A stretch of 64,000 nucleotides of DNA, taken from an uncultured Pelagibacteraceae bacterium (GTDB lineage Bacteria; Pseudomonadota; Alphaproteobacteria; Pelagibacterales; Pelagibacteraceae). The stretch spans positions 3,153 to 67,152 of the forward strand of contig CACBIC010000004.1 in the NCBI GenBank assembly GCA_902539235.1. The letters run 5' to 3'. The position numbers and the translations under genes are program-made. Of the stretch, positions 18,974 through 28,278 are shown in pieces; position 1 is the first letter of the stretch; the number at the start of each line of letters is the position of its first letter. A model generated the notes under the pieces. It made no database searches and was not told where the DNA came from. It was given only the letters and a program-made list of their open reading frames with translations.

Positions 18974-19027
18974 AGCCCAACTGAGAATGGGAGGGAGTAA
19001 TATAAGAAGTTTATTCCCAATTGGGCT
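18974..19027 (-). ncRNA. Candidate structured RNA: 15-bp stem with anti-SD loop (CUCCCUCCC)
   Basis: Minus-strand RNA AGCCCAAUUGGGAAU-[AAACUUCUUAUAUUACUCCCUCCC]-AUUCUCAGUUGGGCU. All 15 stem positions pair, two as G-U. Confidence 0.55.
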
Positions 19028-19101
19028 AAAACATCAAAAATATAGCTGATCTCTATGTCACAGATTTGAATAAATGGTGTTTTATTTTAGGCGATAGCTA
19101 A

Positions 19102-19425
19102 TTAATTTGAAATTTTGAAGTAACTTGAGCCTTTTTTTCCCGAAAAAATTTCTTCTATTAGTGGATGTTTAACAGGTTCTTTGGATTTATCTAATAATAA
19201 ATTCTGCTCAGAAACATAAGCCTCGTATGTAACGTCATTACTTTCAGCTAGTAGATGATAAAAGGGTTGGTCTTTTCTTGGTCGAACTTCTTTAGGAATT
19301 GATTGGTACCATTCCTCTGAATTATTAAATTCAAAGTCCACATCGTATATAACGCCTCTAAAATCAAAATGGCGATGCTTAACAACTTCACCGATTGAAA
19401 ATTTTGCATTATTACTTGTTGCCAT
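19102..19425 (-). CDS. hspQ: Heat shock protein HspQ (YccV-like)
   Basis: AKFSIGEVVKH, FRGVIYDVD, RPRKDQPFYHLL, YVSEQNL. Confidence 0.93.
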   Translation of the reverse strand: MATSNNAKFSIGEVVKHRHFDFRGVIYDVDFEFNNSEEWYQSIPKEVRPRKDQPFYHLLAESNDVTYEAYVSEQNLLLDKSKEPVKHPLIEEIFSGKKGSSYFKISN

Positions 19426-19432
19426 ACCTCAT

Positions 19433-19460
19433 AGTTAGTAATTTTTTTATTAAAATCAAT
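19433..19460 (-). promoter_or_regulatory. RpoH-like promoter for hspQ
   Basis: ATTGAT-N15-ACTAACT, ending 7 nt before the ATG. Confidence 0.4.
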
Positions 19461-19504
19461 ATCTAATTTGTTTAAAATAAATAATATGTTACCCTTTATA
19501 TATT

Positions 19505-20050
19505 GTGAATAAGTCATTTTTGAAATTTATTACTGACTTTGGACCTTTATTAATTTTTTTCACAATGTACTACAAAAGTGGGAATAATCTTATAGTAGCT
19601 ATACCTCCATTAATCATAGCAACGGTTATAGCGGTTGCTATAGTGTATTTTATTGAAAAAAAAATTCCCTATGTTCCTTTAATAGGTGGTGTGGTCATAA
19701 CACTTTTTGGGGGTCTTACTTTGTATTTTAATAATCCAATATTTATTTACATGAAACCAACAATAGTGAATGTAATCTTTGCTGGCATATTAATAATAAG
19801 TAAATTATTTTTTCAAAAAAACTTTCTTAAATTATTTTTACAAGCTGCATTCCAATTAAATGAGATTGGTTGGGATAAATTAAATTTTAGATGGGCTTAT
19901 TTTTTTTTATTTTTAGCTGTTTTGAATGAGATAGTTTGGAGAACACAACCGGAAACAACTTGGGTAAATTTTAAAGTGTGGGGGATTTTACCAATTACTT
20001 TTATATTCACAGTTTTTCAAGTGCCATTAATTAATAAGTATAAAATATGA
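19505..20050 (+). CDS. ispZ: Intracellular septation protein A (YciB)
   Basis: DFGPLLIFF, FGGLTL, MKPTI, NEIVWR, WVNFKVWG. Confidence 0.93.
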   Translation: MNKSFLKFITDFGPLLIFFTMYYKSGNNLIVAIPPLIIATVIAVAIVYFIEKKIPYVPLIGGVVITLFGGLTLYFNNPIFIYMKPTIVNVIFAGILIISKLFFQKNFLKLFLQAAFQLNEIGWDKLNFRWAYFFLFLAVLNEIVWRTQPETTWVNFKVWGILPITFIFTVFQVPLINKYKI

Positions 20051-20394
20051 AAAAAATTAGATTAATTATTAATAACGATATTAAAAAAAGTGAAAAAGAG
20101 AGATTTTTTATCAAGAAAGAGCTTCAATGTATTTTAAATCTTTATGCGAAAATGGTTTCAAATGGATCATGGAAAGATTATTCTTTTTCAACTGGAACAA
20201 AAGAAGTTTCATTTGATGTCTATCAAAGAGCATCTGATAAACCCGTGTTAAGAATTACAAAAAACTTAAAGCCAAATTATTTTAATGAAAAATATTTAAT
20301 TAAAGATAAAGACGGGAAAGTGATTAAAAAGTCAGAAAATTTAAATCTTCTAATAAATAAAACTAGCTGGAATAAATTAAAAATTATAAAATAA
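20047..20394 (+). CDS. DUF2794 family protein
   Basis: ELQCILNLYAKMVSNGSWKDYS matches the alphaproteobacterial DUF2794 pattern. Confidence 0.75.
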   Translation: MKKIRLIINNDIKKSEKERFFIKKELQCILNLYAKMVSNGSWKDYSFSTGTKEVSFDVYQRASDKPVLRITKNLKPNYFNEKYLIKDKDGKVIKKSENLNLLINKTSWNKLKIIK

Positions 20395-21147
20395 TTATCT
20401 TCTTTGACCGAAAAGTCTCAGAAGCATGATGAAAAGATTTATGAAATCAAGGTAAAGTGTTAAAGCGCCCATAACAGCTTTCTTGCCCATCAGCTCACCG
20501 CTATCGCTTACCAAATACATATTTTTGATTTTTTGTGTATCATAAGCTGTTAAACCTACAAACACTAGAACACCTATAATTGAAATAACAAAATACATCA
20601 TTGAAGACTTCATAAAAATATTTACTAATGATGCAATTATTATTCCGAATAAGCCCATCATTAAAAATGAACCTAGTTTAGTTAAATCTTTTTTAGTTGT
20701 ATAACCGTAAATACTCATTGCTCCAAAAGTACCTGCAGTTATAAAGAAAACTCTTGTTATACTTGCACCTGTGTAAATTAAAAAAATAGATGAAAGCGAG
20801 GCGCCCATTAAAGCTGCGAAAACCCAAAAAGTTGTTTGTGCTTTAGCTGCTGACATTTTAGCTATTCCAAAACTCATATAAAAAACTACAGCTAGAGGAG
20901 CTAGCATTATCACCCATTTTAAACCTGAAGCATAAATTGTATTACCAAAATTAGTTAATCCAATTATTTGGCCTTCAGCTGAAGTAACTACTGCCATTTT
21001 AAAAAACATCAATGCAACGAAGCCAGTTAGTAATACACCGGAAGCCATGTAATTGTAGACCTTAAGCATATATGATCTGAGGCCCTGATCTATAATAGCT
21101 TCAGATGCTGAAGAACGAACTGTTGATTTTTGTTTATTAATTTCCAT
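20395..21147 (-). CDS. Bax inhibitor-1/YccA family membrane protein
   Basis: IDQGLRSYMLKVYNYM, YGYTTKKDL, AYDTQKIK, LYLDFINLF. ATG 21147 preferred over the longer ORF start. Confidence 0.93.
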   Translation of the reverse strand: MEINKQKSTVRSSASEAIIDQGLRSYMLKVYNYMASGVLLTGFVALMFFKMAVVTSAEGQIIGLTNFGNTIYASGLKWVIMLAPLAVVFYMSFGIAKMSAAKAQTTFWVFAALMGASLSSIFLIYTGASITRVFFITAGTFGAMSIYGYTTKKDLTKLGSFLMMGLFGIIIASLVNIFMKSSMMYFVISIIGVLVFVGLTAYDTQKIKNMYLVSDSGELMGKKAVMGALTLYLDFINLFIMLLRLFGQRR

Positions 21148-21155
21148 ACCTAAAT

Positions 21156-21183
21156 ATATAAGTTTTTTTAAGTACTTTTCAAT
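21156..21183 (-). promoter_or_regulatory. RpoH-like promoter for yccA
   Basis: ATTGAA-N15-CTTATAT, ending 8 nt before ATG 21147. Confidence 0.5.
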
Positions 21184-21227
21184 AGGCAAAAATTGACCTA
21201 AAAAACTGTTATAATTATTACAATTTT

Positions 21228-22265
21228 ATGAAATTCAAAAAATTAGGCACAACAGATTTAGATGTAAGTTTAATTTGTCTTGGAACGATGACATGGGGCA
21301 CACAAAATACTGAGAAAGATGCTTTTGAACAAATGGATTACTCCTTAAGTGAAGGAGTTAACTTTTTTGATACAGCAGAGCTTTACTCGGTGCCGCCTAA
21401 CTCGGACTCTTATGGCAAAACCGAAGTTATGATTGGAAATTGGTTTGAAAAAAGAAAAAACAGAGAAAAAATAATTTTAGCTTCAAAAGTTGCAGGTCCA
21501 GGATGTAATTGGATTAGAGGTGGGGGAAATAATTTTGATGAAAAAACAATTGGAAAAGCAATCGATGGGAGTTTAAAAAGATTAAAAACAGATTATATAG
21601 ATTTATACCAATTACATTGGCCCGAAAGATCAACCAATTACTTTGGAACAAGAGAATATACAGTCGATAGTGATGAGGGTACATGGAATAGCTTTGAAAG
21701 TGTTCTTGAAGCATTGGGTAAATTTATAAAGAGCGGTAAAATCAGATATATTGGTATGTCTAATGAAACACCTTATGGTCTTTCAAAATACATTGAATTA
21801 TCTAAAAGTAAAAAATTACCTAGGATGATGTCAGTACAAAACCCTTACAATTTAGTTAATAGAACTTATGAAATCGGAATGTCTGAAATTTCAATAAGAG
21901 AAAGATGTGGACTTCTAGTTTATTACCCTCTTGCTACAGGTGCGCTATCTGGAAAATATAGAAATGGTCAAATGCCAAAAAATTCTAGGCAAGCTTTGTT
22001 CAAAGGTTGGGAAAGACATCTTAATCCTTTAGCTATGAAAGCGTACGAGGAATATTATAAATTAGCTAAAGAAAATGACATGACAATGGCTCAGTTAGCA
22101 CAGGCTTTTGTAAACACCAGACCTTTTGTTACGAGTAATATAATCGGGGCAACAACAATGGAGCAATTAAAGGAAAATATAGATAGTGTAAATATTGAAC
22201 TGTCTGATGAAATTTTAAATAAGATTGATGTTATCCATAATAATAACCCAAATCCATCTCCTTAA
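21228..22265 (+). CDS. tas: NADP(H)-dependent aldo/keto reductase (Tas-like)
   Basis: ICLGTMTWG, DTAELY, SLKRLKTDYIDLYQLHWPER, SNET. Confidence 0.88.
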   Translation: MKFKKLGTTDLDVSLICLGTMTWGTQNTEKDAFEQMDYSLSEGVNFFDTAELYSVPPNSDSYGKTEVMIGNWFEKRKNREKIILASKVAGPGCNWIRGGGNNFDEKTIGKAIDGSLKRLKTDYIDLYQLHWPERSTNYFGTREYTVDSDEGTWNSFESVLEALGKFIKSGKIRYIGMSNETPYGLSKYIELSKSKKLPRMMSVQNPYNLVNRTYEIGMSEISIRERCGLLVYYPLATGALSGKYRNGQMPKNSRQALFKGWERHLNPLAMKAYEEYYKLAKENDMTMAQLAQAFVNTRPFVTSNIIGATTMEQLKENIDSVNIELSDEILNKIDVIHNNNPNPSP

Positions 22266-22308
22266 TACAAAGCATTGAAATAGATAATTTTTAGTATAAA
22301 AATAAAAT

Positions 22309-22809
22309 ATGTCAGTTAAAAAAATTTTTATAATACTAATCCTATGTTTATTTTCTGTTAACACTTTTGCTGTTACGCCAAGATCAACTGGAAAATATAA
22401 AAACTGGGAAAGCTTTATAGCAGAAACTGATAAGGGGAAAATTTGCTTTGCTCAAACTGTTCCGACGAAAAGAGCACCAGCTGCCGTAAAAAGAAATAAA
22501 TCAAAGTTATTTGTAACTTTCAGGCCTTCTGAAGAAATCAAAGATGAAGTGAGTTTAACAAGTGGCCATGATTATAAAACATCAAGTGTAACTGCTAGCT
22601 CTGGGAAAAGAAGATATTCTTTTTTTTCACAAAAAGATTTTGCTTGGTTGTTAGATGATCAGGAAGAGAAAAAATTCATTCAATTAATGAAAAGAGCAAC
22701 TGATATAATTGTAAAAGCAAGAACCACAAAAGGAGCTGAGACCACTGATCACTATTCTATGATGGGATTCACAAAAGCATATAACACGGCAAAAAAAGCT
22801 TGCAGCTAA
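22309..22809 (+). CDS. Invasion-associated locus B (IalB)-like periplasmic protein
   Basis: Signal peptide, W...GKICFA, TTDHYSMMGFTKAY...C terminus. Confidence 0.75.
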   Translation: MSVKKIFIILILCLFSVNTFAVTPRSTGKYKNWESFIAETDKGKICFAQTVPTKRAPAAVKRNKSKLFVTFRPSEEIKDEVSLTSGHDYKTSSVTASSGKRRYSFFSQKDFAWLLDDQEEKKFIQLMKRATDIIVKARTTKGAETTDHYSMMGFTKAYNTAKKACS

Positions 22810-23994
22810 ATGAAAAAAATTGTTTTAGCCTACTCAGGCGGTTTGGATACATCTATAATTTTAAGATGGTTACAAGAAAATTATAATGCTGAAGTAATTG
22901 CTTACACCTCTGATATTGGACAAGTTTTAGATAAAAAAAAAATTATTCAGAATGCTAAAAGACTAGGTGTTAAAAAAATAATTATTGAAAATCTTAAAGA
23001 TATCTTTGTGAAAGATTATGTTTTTCCAATGATAAGAGCTCATGCAGTTTATGAGGGAGTGTATTTATTAGGCACATCTATTGCCAGGCCGTTAATTGCA
23101 AAAAGACAAGTTGAAATTGCAAAAAAATTTAAGGCTTTTGCAGTTTCGCACGGCGCAACTGGAAAAGGCAATGATCAAGTAAGATTTGAGCTTGGTTACT
23201 CATATTTTGGTAAAAATAAGATTAAAACGATAGCGCCTTGGAGAGAATGGAAATTACAATCAAGAGCAGATTTAATTAGATATGCAAAAAAAAACAATAT
23301 ACCAATTCCTAAAGATAAAAAAGGTGCTCCGCCATTTTCTGTAGACGACAATATTTTTCATACCTCAACAGAGGGAAAAGTTTTAGAGGACCCAAAAAAT
23401 TCAGCTCCTGAATTTATTTATCAAAGAACAGTTTCACCACAAAAAGCTCCAAACAAACCTACAAAAGTAAAAATTACTTTTAAAAACAGTGATCCAATCG
23501 CAGTAAATGGAAAAAAATTAAGTCCTGAAAAGCTTTTAAGTAAATTAAATATTCTGGCTGGAAGAAATGGAATAGGTAGAGTTGATCTAGTTGAAAATAG
23601 ATTTATTGGAATAAAATCCAGAGGTGTTTACGAAACTCCAGGTGGTACTGTGTTATATACTGCACATAGAGCTATAGAATCTGTAACTCTTGATAAAGAA
23701 ACCGCTCATAATAAAGAGAGAATAATGCCAGAATATGCTGAGCTAGTATATAACGGCTATTGGTTTTCAAAAAAAAGACTTAAATTACAAAAATTAATTG
23801 ATAAAAAAAGAAACAAAGTATCTGGTGATATTGTTTTAAGTTTATGCAAGGGGAACGTAACTATTTTATCAAGAAGGACAAAAAATAAAGCTTATTCAAT
23901 GAAAAAAGTTTCTTTTGAGGAGAATAAAACCTTTAATAAAAGAAAAGTTGAAAATTTCATAAAATTTCACTCTAAACAGTTAAATAAAGCATAA
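22810..23994 (+). CDS. argG: Argininosuccinate synthase
   Basis: LAYSGGLDTS, LGTSIARP, HGATGKGNDQVRFE, KSRGVYETPG. Confidence 0.97.
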   Translation: MKKIVLAYSGGLDTSIILRWLQENYNAEVIAYTSDIGQVLDKKKIIQNAKRLGVKKIIIENLKDIFVKDYVFPMIRAHAVYEGVYLLGTSIARPLIAKRQVEIAKKFKAFAVSHGATGKGNDQVRFELGYSYFGKNKIKTIAPWREWKLQSRADLIRYAKKNNIPIPKDKKGAPPFSVDDNIFHTSTEGKVLEDPKNSAPEFIYQRTVSPQKAPNKPTKVKITFKNSDPIAVNGKKLSPEKLLSKLNILAGRNGIGRVDLVENRFIGIKSRGVYETPGGTVLYTAHRAIESVTLDKETAHNKERIMPEYAELVYNGYWFSKKRLKLQKLIDKKRNKVSGDIVLSLCKGNVTILSRRTKNKAYSMKKVSFEENKTFNKRKVENFIKFHSKQLNKA

Positions 23995-24016
23995 ATATTT
24001 GATAGATTATTAAATA

Positions 24017-24403
24017 ATGAACAGTTCGATTCGAAATATTCAGTTAGTTGCTGTTATAGTTGTTCTTGTATCAACTATTATTGCTTTCTTTTTAGAAATG
24101 AAAGAAATGTACGATAACAAAGATATCACATTAGCAGATTTGCTTTTAATGTTCATTTATATCGAAGTAATTGGTTTAGTGAGATCTTATTGGGAAACTC
24201 AATCCGTTAGAATAACATATCCTTTAATCATAGCTATTACAGCGCTAGCTCGGTTCATAATATTACAAGATAAAGAGAGTGACCCTGCAAACTTGATTTA
24301 TATTTCTTTAGCTATTTTAATAGTTGCGATTGCTACAGTTATTATAAGATTTAGAAATAGTAGGTACTTAAAAATTGAAAAGTCTAGGTCAAGCGAGCTT
24401 TAA
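24017..24403 (+). CDS. psiE: Phosphate-starvation-inducible PsiE family membrane protein
   Basis: LADLLLMFIYIEVIG and PLIIAITALAR, four TM helices. Confidence 0.8.
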   Translation: MNSSIRNIQLVAVIVVLVSTIIAFFLEMKEMYDNKDITLADLLLMFIYIEVIGLVRSYWETQSVRITYPLIIAITALARFIILQDKESDPANLIYISLAILIVAIATVIIRFRNSRYLKIEKSRSSEL

Positions 24404-25226
24404 AACACGTTAAAGTATTCTTTAATAAACATGCAATTGTCATCGGTCCTACTCCTCCAGGAACAGGAGTTATTGCTTTAACATTATCTTTTAATTCATC
24501 AAAATTAACATCTCCTACTATTTTTTCTCCTACTTTATTTATGCCAACATCTATAACAATCGCATTTTTTTTTACCCAATCTTTTTTGATTAAATTTGGA
24601 ACTCCGACAGCTGCTACTAAAATATCTGCTTTAAGGCACTCATTTTGTAAATCATTTGTTTTTGAATGAACAATAGTTACGGTGCAATTTTCCTTTAATA
24701 ATAATTGAGCCATCGGTTTACCGTTTAAATTAGATCTTCCTATTATAACAGCATGTTTGCCAGCTAAATTTGACTCTGTATTTTTAATCAATAAAAGACA
24801 TCCTAAAGGGGTGCAAGGAACGATTGAGTCATAACCTGATGAAAGATTACCAACATTTATTGGATTAAAACCGTCTACGTCTTTAGATGGATTAATTGCA
24901 TTAATAATTTTCTCCTTACTTATCTGGCTGGGCAAAGGAAGCTGAACTAAGATACCAGAAATTTTATCGTTTTTATTCAATTCTTCAATTTTTTCTAAAA
25001 TATCTTTTTCACTCACGTTTTTTGGATATTTAATTATTTCAGAGTTAATGCCAACTTCTCTAGCACTTTTTTCTTTATTTTTTACGTATATTAAACTAGG
25101 CGCATAATCTCCAATCAAGATAACTGTAAGACTAGGTGTTTTACCGCTTTTTTTCTTTAAATCTGAAATTTCTTTTTTAATTTCATTTTTAATAATCTCT
25201 GCTTGTTTTTTTCCATCAATAATCAT
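24384..25226 (-). CDS. folD: Methylenetetrahydrofolate dehydrogenase/cyclohydrolase
   Basis: YVKNK, GILVQLPLP, KDVDG, PCTP, TPVPGGVGPMT. Confidence 0.97.
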   Translation of the reverse strand: MIIDGKKQAEIIKNEIKKEISDLKKKSGKTPSLTVILIGDYAPSLIYVKNKEKSAREVGINSEIIKYPKNVSEKDILEKIEELNKNDKISGILVQLPLPSQISKEKIINAINPSKDVDGFNPINVGNLSSGYDSIVPCTPLGCLLLIKNTESNLAGKHAVIIGRSNLNGKPMAQLLLKENCTVTIVHSKTNDLQNECLKADILVAAVGVPNLIKKDWVKKNAIVIDVGINKVGEKIVGDVNFDELKDNVKAITPVPGGVGPMTIACLLKNTLTCFKARLT

Positions 25227-25519
25227 CTTAAAAATAATCCTGGCGCAAACATTTCAAAAACTAAATTCCTAAAAAACATCAATCCTAAGATCAGTATCAC
25301 TGGAGAGATATCTATAGACCCTAAGTTGGGTAAAAATCTTCTGATAAAATTTAAAGGTGGAGCTGTAAGTTTGTAAGAGACATCTAAAACAGAATATACA
25401 AACCTATTACTTGTATTTAAAACATTGAAAGCAACCAGCCAACTAAATATTACGTGAATAATTAATATCCAAATGTAAAGGCTAACTATATTGTCGAATA
25501 GAATTAACATCGACTTCAT
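25223..25519 (-). CDS. YggT family membrane protein
   Basis: SWLVAFNVLN, IRRFLPNLGSIDISP. Confidence 0.9.
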   Translation of the reverse strand: MKSMLILFDNIVSLYIWILIIHVIFSWLVAFNVLNTSNRFVYSVLDVSYKLTAPPLNFIRRFLPNLGSIDISPVILILGLMFFRNLVFEMFAPGLFLR

Positions 25520-26610
25520 TAATTTTTCTCCACATAAACTGATGTACTTGGAAAAGCAAAAGACGCATTATTTTTTTCTACTATATTTTTTATTTCAAGG
25601 GCTAAAAGATCTTTTACCTTCATCCACTCTAAGTATTTTGTGGTTTTAGTAAAACATATTAGTTTAATATCTATTGAACTTGCAGCAAATTGATCAATTT
25701 TAACTGATAGCATTGTATTTTCTGATTTTGAAAATAATTCGCTATTTTTTATATAATTTTCTATCTGTTGTTTGATATCAATTAATTGTTTGCTTGTTGT
25801 TCTATACTCTAAACCTATAATCCAATTAATCCTTCTATTGGTAATTAAAGAATTATTTATTACTGCTTTTTCTGCAAACTGAAAATTTGGGATTGTTGCA
25901 AGAGATTTGTCAAATCTTCTAACAACTGTAGATCTAAAACCTATTGACTCAACTGTGCCTTCAATAACATCTTCAACAAATATCCAATCTCCAACTTTAA
26001 ATCTTTTCTCGACTAAAACTAATATACCTGAAATTAAATTTTTAAATAAATCTTGCGCTCCGAGTGCAACAGCAACACCAAATAATCCTAGTCCTGCTAT
26101 AATTGGTCCAATTTTAATTCCCCAAAGTTCTAAAACAGCCGCTAGTCCAAGAATTATTATTAAGACCTTCAGAGCTTTGATAATCCAATTAACTAAATCC
26201 CTTGAGAGTAAATCACTGACTGATTTTACAACAGTTGAAAAGGGTCCAATAATTTGGTGAAAGGTCCAGAATATAAGAATTGTAATTAAAGAACGATTGA
26301 TAGTTTCTAAAAAGTCTGCAGCTTGAGTTTCAATAGTTAGATAGCTAGTGGCTACAAAAAAACCTAATACAATCGGAAAAAACTTTGCTGGCCCTTCCAT
26401 GGACTTTACAAGAGTATTATCAAAGTTATTTGACGTTTTTGATACGTAATTCTCCAATCTTTTAATTACGAATTTTGAAAATATTCCTCTTAAAAAAAGA
26501 AAAAATAAAAAAATTGTTAAAGCAATAATAATTTCGGAAATATTTACTCCTGAAATACCTTTATTCCAAACATCTAAAAATAATATCTTAAAATTTTGCA
26601 ATACTTCCAT
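25519..26610 (-). CDS. Small-conductance mechanosensitive channel (MscS family)
   Basis: AGLGLFGVAVALGAQD, FKVGDWI, GTVESIGFRST, FAFPS. Confidence 0.93.
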   Translation of the reverse strand: MEVLQNFKILFLDVWNKGISGVNISEIIIALTIFLFFLFLRGIFSKFVIKRLENYVSKTSNNFDNTLVKSMEGPAKFFPIVLGFFVATSYLTIETQAADFLETINRSLITILIFWTFHQIIGPFSTVVKSVSDLLSRDLVNWIIKALKVLIIILGLAAVLELWGIKIGPIIAGLGLFGVAVALGAQDLFKNLISGILVLVEKRFKVGDWIFVEDVIEGTVESIGFRSTVVRRFDKSLATIPNFQFAEKAVINNSLITNRRINWIIGLEYRTTSKQLIDIKQQIENYIKNSELFSKSENTMLSVKIDQFAASSIDIKLICFTKTTKYLEWMKVKDLLALEIKNIVEKNNASFAFPSTSVYVEKN

Positions 26611-27309
26611 CTAATTACCAATTTTTATAAGTTCATCTCCAGCTTCGAAGGTTTCTAAATTTTTCCATCCAGCTTCTTTGAAAACATTTATAACTTTTTC
26701 ACTTATACACATAACTTTTGAGCCTGTCATCAGTCCATTGAGTGAGTACTTTTTTGCTAAATCAATAAAGCTTTCTGCACTCCTTTTTGAGTAAACAAAA
26801 ATTATGTCAGGAGGATGATCGTTGATTAAATTATTAGTTTGTTCATTTAATTCTTTAATTTTTTCTGAATTATAATTGATAATTTTATCTATTTGAAAAC
26901 CTTCCTTTTGTAGCTCTAAATCCAAGTCGGAGGTAATATTATCTCCACATATATACGCCAAGACTTTTTTTTTATCTAAGTCGCCTGAATTAACAATAAT
27001 ATTTTTTAAGGCATTTATCGTTCCTCCAGCTGAAATAGTATTATTATAACCTTGTTGTCTTACAATCTTTTCTGTAATTGCTCCAACGCAGAAACAAAGT
27101 TTATTTCTATCTGGTTTTAATAGTTTTAGACTCCTTATTGCATTAGCACTTGTAAATATAAATGCATTGTATTTTTCGGAGTCAATAGGATCAAGTTCTG
27201 CTTTAGATATCTTTAAAGTAGGCACATGAATAATTTTATGACCTAAAGAAAGTAATTTACCCATTAAATCTTCAGAATCAATTAAGGGTCTTGTTATTAT
27301 AATATTCAT
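26611..27309 (-). CDS. hemD: Uroporphyrinogen-III synthase
   Basis: IIITRP, FTSANA, CVGAIT, YSKRSA. Directly downstream of hemC. Confidence 0.9.
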   Translation of the reverse strand: MNIIITRPLIDSEDLMGKLLSLGHKIIHVPTLKISKAELDPIDSEKYNAFIFTSANAIRSLKLLKPDRNKLCFCVGAITEKIVRQQGYNNTISAGGTINALKNIIVNSGDLDKKKVLAYICGDNITSDLDLELQKEGFQIDKIINYNSEKIKELNEQTNNLINDHPPDIIFVYSKRSAESFIDLAKKYSLNGLMTGSKVMCISEKVINVFKEAGWKNLETFEAGDELIKIGN

Positions 27310-28223
27310 TTTTTTTTAAATTTTTCTCCGGCTAGATTTAATAATTTTTCACCAACACTTTTTCCTATAAAAGAAGCGTCAACCTCTCTGCCTGTGAGCT
27401 CATATTCAAAACTCTCTTGACCGCTATCTGAAAAAAGCTGAGCTTTAAGTTTTAAATTATGGTTTTCAATTTTAGCTAACCCACCTATCGCAGTATCGCA
27501 ATCACCGCCAATGGTTTGAAGCATATTCCTTTCTGCTTTTGCGCAAAGACTTGTTTCTACATCATTAATTTTTTTTAAAAATTTTTCAATTTTGTCACCT
27601 TTCCTGCACTGAACCGCGATTATTCCTTGACCTACAGCAGGCAAAATTTCTTCAATGTCAAAAGCGAATCCAATTTCATCATTTAAATTTAATGTTTTCA
27701 CACCTGCTGCTGCTAGAATAACTCCATCAAGATTGTTTTCATTAATTTTATTTATTCTTGTATCTATATTTCCGCGTATATTTATTATTTTAATTTTATT
27801 ATTTATTTTTTTTAATTGAAGCTCTCTTCTCCTTGAGCTAGAGCCAATTTTGACTCCATCTTTTAAATCTGTAACACTTTTAATTTTTTTACTAATGATG
27901 ACGTCCCTAGTATCATTTCTCTTTACATATGCACCAATTAAAAGCTTGTTGTTCTCAATTGACTCCATATCTTTGAGTGAATGGACTGCAATGTCTATTT
28001 CATTGGCCAGCAAACTTTCCTCGATTTCTTTACAAAATAAATTTTTTCCACCTATCTCAGCAATTTTATCATTTTGATTTCTATCACCTGAAGTTTTTAT
28101 TGCCTTAAATTCTATATTATTCTTTATTAATTCTTTATTTTTTTGAATTAAAAGATCTTTAACTTTAGCCACATATGCCAAGGACAGTTTACTGCTTCGG
28201 GCTCCAATTGTAATTTTAGTCAT
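27306..28223 (-). CDS. hemC: Hydroxymethylbilane synthase
   Basis: IGARSSKLS, AVHSLKD, GSSSRRR, IRGNIDTR, GGDC. Confidence 0.96.
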   Translation of the reverse strand: MTKITIGARSSKLSLAYVAKVKDLLIQKNKELIKNNIEFKAIKTSGDRNQNDKIAEIGGKNLFCKEIEESLLANEIDIAVHSLKDMESIENNKLLIGAYVKRNDTRDVIISKKIKSVTDLKDGVKIGSSSRRRELQLKKINNKIKIINIRGNIDTRINKINENNLDGVILAAAGVKTLNLNDEIGFAFDIEEILPAVGQGIIAVQCRKGDKIEKFLKKINDVETSLCAKAERNMLQTIGGDCDTAIGGLAKIENHNLKLKAQLFSDSGQESFEYELTGREVDASFIGKSVGEKLLNLAGEKFKKK

Positions 28224-28278
28224 TAATTGATTATATATTTGATAAAACTAATTTATACTATTTTAAACTAAAAAAGAG

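Noticed and set aside
19248-19517. 89-aa ORF overlapping hspQ and its promoter
   Set aside because: Out-of-frame overlap with hspQ, no motif, and it spans the divergent promoter region.
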